NCBI GenBank assembly: GCA_964404485.1
Contig: CAYOKJ010000001.1
Coordinates: forward strand, 10,064 to 74,063
Length of the DNA stretch: 64,000 nucleotides
DNA from: an uncultured Bacteroidales bacterium
GTDB taxonomy: Bacteria; Bacteroidota; Bacteroidia; Bacteroidales; JAIORY01
Direction: 5' to 3'
Translations under genes and position numbers: made by a program
Notes under the pieces: generated by a model
Told to the model about the DNA's origin: nothing
Database searches by the model: none
What the model saw: only the letters and a program-made list of their open reading frames with translations
Shown: in pieces, positions 28,187 through 35,422 of the stretch
Layout of the letters: every line of letters begins with the position of its first letter
Position numbering within the stretch: position 1 is the stretch's first letter

Positions 28187-28816
28187 ATGTATAAAGATAA
28201 ATTAAAACAAATATCTATTCCGATTGCAATTATACTAATGGCTGCACTTATTTTGATATATTTTTATTTTAATAGTAAAATTGAAAGCTTTGAGCACAAT
28301 ATTTTTGTACTTGAAAAAAATGCTAAATCATATAAAAGCATGACTAACTCAATTCTACATTCCAATTACTTGCGAATAAAAAATGATGACCAGCCTTTCT
28401 CCCACAACATTTTTCTTTATAGTGATGATAATGATAGTATTACCTTTACAAATTTGATAAAGCAAAATAAAAAATTGCTGGTTTTCAGGTATTCCGAATT
28501 AAACTGCATGGCTTGTATTGACAAAGAAGTACTAAATTTAAAACAGTTCTTAAAAAACAGCAACGTGAAAATAATTATCATAGCAACCTATTCAAGCATG
28601 CGCGATTTATACTTATTTAAAAGGATAAACCAAATACCAAAAGCAAAAATTTATAACATTAAAAACCAACAAATGGGTCTTCCAATAGAAAAAAACAATA
28701 TCCCATATTATTTTGTTGCTGAAACTAATTTTGTAGCTGGAAAGTTTTTTGTGCCTAATAAATTATTCCCTGAATATTCTCAAAAATATTTATCAGAAAT
28801 TAATAAACTACCCTGA
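28187..28816 (+). CDS. membrane-anchored thioredoxin-fold protein with CxxC (CMAC)
   Basis: 209 aa. N-terminal signal-anchor helix. KKLLVFRYSELNCMACIDKE (beta1-CxxC-alpha1). A cis-Pro-like NIPYYFVAE follows later. Confidence 0.65.
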   Translation: MYKDKLKQISIPIAIILMAALILIYFYFNSKIESFEHNIFVLEKNAKSYKSMTNSILHSNYLRIKNDDQPFSHNIFLYSDDNDSITFTNLIKQNKKLLVFRYSELNCMACIDKEVLNLKQFLKNSNVKIIIIATYSSMRDLYLFKRINQIPKAKIYNIKNQQMGLPIEKNNIPYYFVAETNFVAGKFFVPNKLFPEYSQKYLSEINKLP

Positions 28817-28925
28817 GGCAGAGCCATAGGGGTATTAAATTGAGTTTGCTTTGCAAACATAATTGTTTTCGACCCAGAGGGTCGAGGAATTAAACCACGA
28901 ATGATTAAAAATAATACATTTTCCC

Positions 28926-28988
28926 CGCTTACTCAGTAAAACCGAAAGCTCACTTAGTAAAACCGACCGCTCACTAAATAATCCGTAC
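28926..28988 (+). promoter_or_regulatory. 21-bp-phased direct repeats (3 good units), candidate LytTR operator
   Basis: CGCTTACTCAGTAAAACCGAA (28926-46), AGCTCACTTAGTAAAACCGAC (28947-67), CGCTCACTAAATAATCCGTAC (28968-88). Confidence 0.6.
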
Positions 28989-29013
28989 CGTTTACAAAAG
29001 ACTTTCTTTTTTG

Positions 29014-29045
29014 CTTGACAGAGAGACATTTATAATATACCTTTG
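29014..29045 (+). promoter_or_regulatory. Bacteroidetes-type promoter (-33 cTTG, 20-nt spacer, -7 TACCTTTG)
   Basis: TACCTTTG at 29038-29045. TTG at 29015-29017. Same geometry as copy 1. Confidence 0.55.
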
Positions 29046-29129
29046 GTGTCAAAATAAATAATATTTTCAATTTAAAATACGATACTATTTATTATTCAAA
29101 TTTAATTTATTAACTAAAAATTATGTATT

Positions 29130-29354
29130 ATGAAAAAATTAACTGTATTTTTATCAATTGCTGTAAGTGTAATAATGTTTTTTGCCATTGCAGTAAATGT
29201 TTATGCCGAACCTCCTACTCAAGGTAGTGTTTTTGTTTCATCAAACGATTGTGAATATCAATTTGACGCCTATGATGTGAATGATAAATGTTTCTGTATG
29301 TGGAGTGGTATTGAGAATGAGTTCTGCTCATGTTGTAGTAGTAGTATCGATTGA
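29130..29354 (+). CDS. small secreted Cys-rich peptide precursor 2 (74 aa; predicted 48-aa acidic mature part with 6 Cys)
   Basis: MKKLTVFLSIAVSVIMFFAIAVNVYA|EPPTQGSVFVSSNDCEYQFDAYDVNDKCFCMWSGIENEFCSCCSSSID. Confidence 0.6.
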   Translation: MKKLTVFLSIAVSVIMFFAIAVNVYAEPPTQGSVFVSSNDCEYQFDAYDVNDKCFCMWSGIENEFCSCCSSSID

Positions 29355-29375
29355 TGAAATTTGAATTTTAACAAT

Positions 29376-29403
29376 AAGCCTTATGGCAATTGCCATAAGG
29401 CTT
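29376..29403 (+). terminator. perfect 28-nt palindrome after peptide gene 2 (candidate partial terminator/attenuator)
   Basis: AAGCCTTATGGCAATTGCCATAAGGCTT is its own reverse complement. Followed by AATTTTATATTTATT. It swallows the ORF-track ATG at 29383. Confidence 0.5.
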
Positions 29404-29418
29404 AATTTTATATTTATT

Positions 29419-30543
29419 ATGAAGAAGATTTTATTTGGATTATTATTAATACTGATTAGTTGCAATAATAAAAACAGTACAATACAAGAAAAACAACATA
29501 TTAAAGCAATCAGTAGAAATATTGATCAGGAGAGTTTGAAACTAGATGCTGAAGTTTCATTTGTGCAATTAGAAACTTCAAAGGAATGTCTTTTGGGGTA
29601 TATTATAAATATAGAAGTTACTGATGATTATATTTATATTTTGGATAGAAGTAGCTTTTTTGTTTTTACAAATAAAGGAAATTTTATAAAAAAGATTAAA
29701 AGAGGGAAAGGTCCAGGTGAATTAACCAGAGCAATAAATTTTAGTTTAGATTTAGCTCGAAATGAAATATATATAATAGAGATGGGCAATCTTTTACATA
29801 TATACAACAATCTTGCTGATTATAAAGAAACACATAAGTTGGATGGAAGTTTTATTGATGTTGTGAGAGTAGATGATGATAATTTTCTTTTATATACTGT
29901 GCTTCCACCAAAATATGAAGAATTTTTAATTTCAGTTTATAATAAAAAGAGTAAAAATATTACTAACAAATTCATTTCATCTAAAGATTTGTTAATGAAA
30001 GATTTGTCTATATTAACATATAATAATTTTTTTGTTAAAAACAGTGAAATATTCTTTTCAGCATCCAATTCAAGAAACATATATAAATACATAGGAAATG
30101 GCATGGAGACAACTTACTCAATTGATTTTAGGAATTTGGAACCACCTATATCATATTTTAGCATGTTTGATGATGTACGAAATTTCAAGAAAATGGTATA
30201 TAATGATGATTACGTTGGATTTTTAAATTATTGTTATGATCTTGGTAAGCTTGTGCTTTTTGGATTTAAATGTAAAGACTTTAACTGTGGGATTAAATAT
30301 AAAGATGAGAATATTATGTACATGAGTTCAGTTTCTGAACTATTTGATTTACCTCAAACACCTTCATTTGAAAGGCCTTATAATGCAAATGACAATCAAA
30401 TTCACTTTGTTTATTTTAATGATATTTTATTAAATGATAATTTACAAAAAAAAGAAGCGTTTTTAGAGATTGGCAATAAAATTATTCAAGTAAATGAAAA
30501 TAATAACCCAATTATTGTTACTCTCAAAATAAAAGAAAAGTAA
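29419..30543 (+). CDS. 6-bladed beta-propeller lipoprotein (BF3164-like family), paralogue 2
   Basis: Start moved to MKKILFGLLLILISC (lipobox). YIYILDRSSFFVFTNKGNFIKKIKRGKGPGEL matches the family G-x-GPGE motif. About 25% identical to 26957..28180 by eye. Confidence 0.7.
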   Translation: MKKILFGLLLILISCNNKNSTIQEKQHIKAISRNIDQESLKLDAEVSFVQLETSKECLLGYIINIEVTDDYIYILDRSSFFVFTNKGNFIKKIKRGKGPGELTRAINFSLDLARNEIYIIEMGNLLHIYNNLADYKETHKLDGSFIDVVRVDDDNFLLYTVLPPKYEEFLISVYNKKSKNITNKFISSKDLLMKDLSILTYNNFFVKNSEIFFSASNSRNIYKYIGNGMETTYSIDFRNLEPPISYFSMFDDVRNFKKMVYNDDYVGFLNYCYDLGKLVLFGFKCKDFNCGIKYKDENIMYMSSVSELFDLPQTPSFERPYNANDNQIHFVYFNDILLNDNLQKKEAFLEIGNKIIQVNENNNPIIVTLKIKEK

Positions 30544-30544
30544 T

Positions 30545-31168
30545 ATGAAACTTAAATGGAATATTTTTTATTTTATTTTATCAGCAATACTATTAAGTAT
30601 AATTTTAATTTTACTATATAATTTTAAAACAAAATTAGAAACAGAGTTTAATAAAAAATACTCCCAAATCAAAAATGAATGTGATTTAGTTCAAGATGTA
30701 TTAATGAATAATTTAACTAATTCAAATTCTAATATTGGATTTAGATTTAATGATGATATTATTGTAGAGGACACAGCTTGCAATAAGTTGAAGTTAATAA
30801 ATATAATCAATGGAGAAAATGTTTTAATATATAGAATATCAGACACACATTGTTCTACGTGTGACGTTGCTGGTATAAAAAGTTTGTTAAGAACCAACTC
30901 AAAAATACCTTATAATAAGATTATTATAATAGGATCTTTTTATAATACAAAATTGTTGAATTCTTATATTACTGCTAATAATATTAAATATAGGTCTTAT
31001 AATCTCAAACAAAGCATTAATATTAAAGCTGAGAAATTTAACTTCCCCTATTTCATTATAGTAAATAAAAATTTAGAAGTACTAAGTTGTTTTTTTCCCG
31101 AAAAGACAAAACCATATTTAACTGAGTATTTTTTTTCAGGAATAAAGCATTTATTAAATAATTATTAA
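30545..31168 (+). CDS. membrane-anchored thioredoxin-fold protein with CxxC (CSTC), paralogue 2
   Basis: 207 aa. N-terminal anchor helix, NVLIYRISDTHCSTCDVAG, and later FNFPYFIIVNKN. Begins 1 nt after the stop of the propeller gene. Confidence 0.65.
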   Translation: MKLKWNIFYFILSAILLSIILILLYNFKTKLETEFNKKYSQIKNECDLVQDVLMNNLTNSNSNIGFRFNDDIIVEDTACNKLKLINIINGENVLIYRISDTHCSTCDVAGIKSLLRTNSKIPYNKIIIIGSFYNTKLLNSYITANNIKYRSYNLKQSINIKAEKFNFPYFIIVNKNLEVLSCFFPEKTKPYLTEYFFSGIKHLLNNY

Positions 31169-31219
31169 AACTAATTTACATAATTAACGAAATAATAAAG
31201 CTACAATAGTTGTTTTGTT

Positions 31220-31254
31220 TTTGCATTTTAATATCTTTTTTATTTCTACCTTTG
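31220..31254 (+). promoter_or_regulatory. possible promoter of the adaptor-RND operon (-7 TACCTTTG)
   Basis: TACCTTTG at 31247-31254, 22 nt before ATG 31276. TTTG at 31220-31223, but the 23-nt spacer is longer than consensus. Confidence 0.35.
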
Positions 31255-31275
31255 TCTAAAATCCATACTCCTAAA

Positions 31276-32337
31276 ATGAAAATACTAAAATTCATTTCTT
31301 TTATCCTTGTTTTAATTTCTATCTCATGTACTAACAACAATAAGGATATTGAAGACAGCAAGATCGAAAACAAATCGAATGATGAAATACAAAAAGTTGA
31401 GATAGTTGAAGTATTTCCACAAGTTTTTTATAATCAAATAATAGCAAACGGTAAACTTTCGGCGGTTCAAAAAGCAGAAATTAAATTTAAAACCTCAGGA
31501 ACACTAAACAAGATATTAGTAAAAAACGGAGACAGAGTCAAAAAAAATCAAACAATTGCAGTTATTGAAAATACTACACAAAATTTAGAAATTGCATCAG
31601 CCAAAGATGCTTTGGATAATGCAAGAATTGAGTTAAACTCGTTAATTATCGGGTACGGTGGCAAGCAAAATGATACTTTAAGTGTACCTATTTATATTTA
31701 CGAAAATCTTAAAATTCAAAGCATGTATAATAGTACATTAAATTCTTTACAAAAAGCAAAACTTAATTTTTCTTATACAATTTGTAAAGTTCCATTTAAC
31801 GGAATAATAGGCAACTTATCTATAAAAAATCATAACTTTATTAATTCATCCGATGATTTTTGTACTATTATTAATGATAAATATTTTGAAGTCGAATATT
31901 CGATTATCGAAACAGAAGCACCTTATTTATCATTAAATCAAACTGTACAAATAATTCCTTTTTCAGATGAAAAATTAAAAATAGAAGGAAAAATATCTGA
32001 AATAAATCCTATGGTTGATGATGACGGTTTAATAAATATTAAAGCATTAATAAAAAATCCTGCAAATAATTTTCTTGATGGTATGAATGTTAAAGTAATT
32101 ATTAAAACACCGGTAAAAAATCAACTTGTTATACCAAAAGAAGCACTCGTACTAAGGTCTAACCGAGAAGTTGTTTTTACTTACAAAAACCAATTAGCAA
32201 AATGGAATTACGTAACAATTGCTTATGAAAACAGTAATACTTATGCCATTTTGGAAGGAATAAATGCCGGTGATTCGGTAATCTATAAAGGAAATTTGAA
32301 TCTGGCGCATGATGCTAAGGTCGTGCTTAATAAATAA
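31276..32337 (+). CDS. efflux RND transporter periplasmic adaptor subunit (lipoprotein)
   Basis: Start moved to MKILKFISFILVLISISC (lipobox). Lipoyl-like hairpin (TSGTLNKILVKNGDRVKKNQTIAVIE) and a beta-barrel C-terminus. Confidence 0.85.
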   Translation: MKILKFISFILVLISISCTNNNKDIEDSKIENKSNDEIQKVEIVEVFPQVFYNQIIANGKLSAVQKAEIKFKTSGTLNKILVKNGDRVKKNQTIAVIENTTQNLEIASAKDALDNARIELNSLIIGYGGKQNDTLSVPIYIYENLKIQSMYNSTLNSLQKAKLNFSYTICKVPFNGIIGNLSIKNHNFINSSDDFCTIINDKYFEVEYSIIETEAPYLSLNQTVQIIPFSDEKLKIEGKISEINPMVDDDGLINIKALIKNPANNFLDGMNVKVIIKTPVKNQLVIPKEALVLRSNREVVFTYKNQLAKWNYVTIAYENSNTYAILEGINAGDSVIYKGNLNLAHDAKVVLNK

Positions 32338-32343
32338 TTAATA

Positions 32344-35300
32344 GTGATTAAATTCCTCATACATCGTCCCATAGCAGTTATAATGACTCTTGTAGCATTA
32401 GTTACTCTTGGTGTGATTACTGCCTATAAATTACCCGTTTCCTTACTTCCTAATATTGATATTCCTGAAATTACAATACAAATAAATTATAAAAACACTT
32501 CGGCGAGAGAATTAGAAAATGCAGTTGTAAAACCCATACGCAACCAGTTACTTCAGTTAAATCATTTAAAAGATATTAAAAGTGAAACAAAAGATGGTTA
32601 TTCTATACTTAATTTAAAATTTGATTATAAAACAAATATCAATTATGCTTTTATCGAAACCAATGAAAAGATAGATGCATTAATGAGTTCTATGCCGAGA
32701 GAAATGGAACGTCCGAAAATTATAAAAGCTTGTGCTTCCGATATTCCGGTTTTTAAAATAAGTATTATTCCTAAGGACGAATATTGGTATAAAGAAAATG
32801 ATTTACTCAAATTAAGTGAATTGGCAGAATCAGTAATTAAGAAAAGAATTGAACAACTTGATGTTGTTGCAATGGTTGATATTAGCGGTTTACAATCAGC
32901 AGAACTTGCAATAATTCCAGACATAAAAAAAATACAAAATCTTAATATTGATTATTCTAAAATAGAAAATGCAATTTCAAATAATAATATTGATCTGGGA
33001 AACATTACAATTAAAAATGGACAATATCAATACAACATTAGATTCTCTTCCATTTTACAAACAAAAGAAGATATTGGCAATATTTATTTGAGTACCGAAA
33101 AAAAGCGTATTATTCAACTTAAAAATATTGCCGAGATAAAAGTTCGTCCTCAAAAACGAACCGGAATGTACTTATATGATAATAAGGAAGCCATTATTAT
33201 GTCGGTAATTAAACAAGCTGATGCACAAATGGCTCAGTTAAAGGAAAGCCTTGATAAATTAGTTGACGAATTTAACAATAATTATAACGAAATTGAATTT
33301 AAAGTCAGTCAGGACCAAACTCAATTACTAAAATTTTCAATTAACAACCTTAAACAAAGCTTATTATTTGGCGGACTTTTAGCCATGGTGATTATGTTTA
33401 TTTTTATGAGAGATTACAAATCACCATTTCTTATTATCATAAGCATTCCTGCTTCATTGATTATCAGCATGTTTTTTCTTTATTTATCAGGAATATCAAT
33501 TAATATTATTTCACTCTCGGGTTTAATTCTCGGTGTAGGAATGATGGTTGATAATTCAATAATTGTAATTGATAATATTAATCAATATCTTGATAAATCA
33601 TATTCTCTTAACAAAGCTTGCATTTTGGGTACAAACGAAATAATTCGTCCTTTGATAAGCTCTGTTTTAACAACTTGTGCGGTTTTTGTTCCCCTTGTTT
33701 CTTTGAGTGATATTTCGGGAGCTTTGTTTTACGATCAGGCAGTAACTATTGCAATTAGTTTAACTACTTCATTATTGGTTTCAATCATGATATTACCTGT
33801 TTTATTTCGCTTATTTTATATTAAAAACAAAAACAGTAACAATTATTTGCTTAGCAAAAGTTATAATTTATTCGACATTGAAAAGATTTATGAAAAAAGC
33901 ATAAATTTTATCTTTAAAAATAAACTTATTGTATTGTTACTTTTTGTTCTATTAATTCCGCTGGGTATTTTTTTATTCAAGAATATTAAAAAACAAAGTT
34001 TTCCTGATATTAAACAAACCGCTGTTATATTTAATATTGACTGGAATGAAAATATAAACCTTGATGAAAACAAAAAACGAATAATAAATCTGTTTGAACA
34101 AATTAATACTCCTGTGCTGTATAAAAATATATTGATAGGTGAACAGCAATTTTTACTAAATAAAGAACAAGAAAAAAGTCAATCTGAAGCATCTGTATTT
34201 ATAAAAACTAAATCAACAAAAAATATAAAAAATATAAAAAATGAAATCGATAGTTTATTAAAATCAAATTATCAAAATATTGAATTTTCTTTTCAATCTC
34301 CCAAAAATGTTTTTGAGCAATTATTTAAAAATGATGAATCCTCCTTTGTGGTAAAAATTCAAAGTATCAATAAAAATATCCCTCCTAAAATTAACAAAGT
34401 GAATAATTTTATTACTCAATTACAAGATAAACCTTATGCACAATCAATTAACGAAATACCAATAAAAAACAATTTAGTAATATCAATATTATCCGACAAA
34501 TTACTAATTTATAATGTTTCATATCAAACTTTAATTGATCAACTCAAATCATCTTTTAATGAAAATAAAATAGGATTATTAAAATCGAATAATAAATTTA
34601 TTCCCATTATTATAGGTGAAAAAAATAAAATTCTTTTTGATATTATTAAAAATGTAAAAATTAAAAATATTAATAATGAACTTATTCCAATCAGCTCGTT
34701 AATATCAATTTCAACAAGGTCGGATTATAAAACTATTATTGCCGATAAACAAAGCGAATACATTCCGGTAAATTTATTAGCTAATAATAATGCTAAGATG
34801 ATTGAAGAAGACATAAATAACATTCTTAAAAATAGCTCAGAATTAGAAGCCGATTTTTCAGGTAGTATTTTTCGTAACCGCGAACTTTTAAATGAATTAG
34901 AAATTGTATTATTAATATCCGTTTTATTATTATATTTTATTTTGGCTGCACAATTCGAATCATTAATTCAACCAATAATTGTATTACTTGAAATTTTATT
35001 TGATCTTTCGGGTGCATTAATAATGTTAATTATTTTTGGTAACTCATTAAATATCATGTCAGCTATTGGTATCATTGTAATGGGTGGAATAATAATAAAT
35101 GATTCGATATTAAAAGTTGACACAATAAACCAATTAAAACGTCAGGATATTCCTTTACTAAAAGCAATAAAGATTGGAGGAAAACGTAGATTAAAACCAA
35201 TTATTATGACTTCACTCACCACTATATTAGCTTTATTCCCTTTATTGTTTTCATCGGGTATTGGAGTCGAATTACAAATACCATTAGCTTTGGCAATTAT

Positions 35301-35379
35301 CGGTGGAATGACAATTGGTACAATCGTCAGTTTGTATTTTATTCCGATTGCCTATTGGTTTATTTATAAAAATTCATGA
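32344..35379 (+). CDS. efflux RND transporter permease subunit (AcrB/HAE family)
   Basis: 1011 aa. GTG start, MIKFLIHRPIAVIMTLVAL. 12-TM AcrB architecture. Confidence 0.9.
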   Translation: MIKFLIHRPIAVIMTLVALVTLGVITAYKLPVSLLPNIDIPEITIQINYKNTSARELENAVVKPIRNQLLQLNHLKDIKSETKDGYSILNLKFDYKTNINYAFIETNEKIDALMSSMPREMERPKIIKACASDIPVFKISIIPKDEYWYKENDLLKLSELAESVIKKRIEQLDVVAMVDISGLQSAELAIIPDIKKIQNLNIDYSKIENAISNNNIDLGNITIKNGQYQYNIRFSSILQTKEDIGNIYLSTEKKRIIQLKNIAEIKVRPQKRTGMYLYDNKEAIIMSVIKQADAQMAQLKESLDKLVDEFNNNYNEIEFKVSQDQTQLLKFSINNLKQSLLFGGLLAMVIMFIFMRDYKSPFLIIISIPASLIISMFFLYLSGISINIISLSGLILGVGMMVDNSIIVIDNINQYLDKSYSLNKACILGTNEIIRPLISSVLTTCAVFVPLVSLSDISGALFYDQAVTIAISLTTSLLVSIMILPVLFRLFYIKNKNSNNYLLSKSYNLFDIEKIYEKSINFIFKNKLIVLLLFVLLIPLGIFLFKNIKKQSFPDIKQTAVIFNIDWNENINLDENKKRIINLFEQINTPVLYKNILIGEQQFLLNKEQEKSQSEASVFIKTKSTKNIKNIKNEIDSLLKSNYQNIEFSFQSPKNVFEQLFKNDESSFVVKIQSINKNIPPKINKVNNFITQLQDKPYAQSINEIPIKNNLVISILSDKLLIYNVSYQTLIDQLKSSFNENKIGLLKSNNKFIPIIIGEKNKILFDIIKNVKIKNINNELIPISSLISISTRSDYKTIIADKQSEYIPVNLLANNNAKMIEEDINNILKNSSELEADFSGSIFRNRELLNELEIVLLISVLLLYFILAAQFESLIQPIIVLLEILFDLSGALIMLIIFGNSLNIMSAIGIIVMGGIIINDSILKVDTINQLKRQDIPLLKAIKIGGKRRLKPIIMTSLTTILALFPLLFSSGIGVELQIPLALAIIGGMTIGTIVSLYFIPIAYWFIYKNS

Positions 35380-35422
35380 TAAAACAATAAATGTAAAATT
35401 AGATTTAGCCTTGCCAAACACC

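Larger units (their letters stand above)
28903..29132 (+). repeat. regulatory block, copy 2 (duplicate of 26432-26640)
   Basis: Contains a fossil of the last codons and stop of the LytTR gene (ACATTTTCCCCGCTTACTCAGTAA) with no LytTR ORF attached, plus one extra 21-nt unit. Confidence 0.9.

Noticed and set aside
28869-28885. Hairpin TCGACCC-AGA-GGGTCGA between cassette 1 and the second regulatory block, as a terminator
   Set aside because: The 7-bp stem is perfect, but no U-run follows on either strand, so I cannot support a terminator call. It may still be a processing or stability element.
26455-28988. Possibility that the 21-nt repeats (or the octamer arrays elsewhere) are CRISPR arrays
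   Set aside because: The units are directly adjacent with no unique spacers. There are only 2-3 copies of 21 nt (or 8-nt units elsewhere). No cas genes are in the window.
28835-29029. 64-aa minus-strand ORF (…SERSVLLSELSVLLSKRG…)
   Set aside because: It is antisense to the duplicated regulatory block. Its internal repeat is the translation of the 21-nt operator units, and the equivalent region of copy 1 has no such ORF.
29123-29227. Alternative-frame 34-aa Cys-rich mini-ORF (MYYEKINCIFINCCKCNNVFCHCSKCLCRTSYSR) starting 7 nt upstream of peptide gene 2
   Set aside because: The identical upstream ATG in cassette 1 (26631) opens only an 8-codon ORF (MYYEKENY*), so the frame is not conserved. 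The Cys richness comes from TGT/TGC triplets in an AT-rich signal-peptide region.
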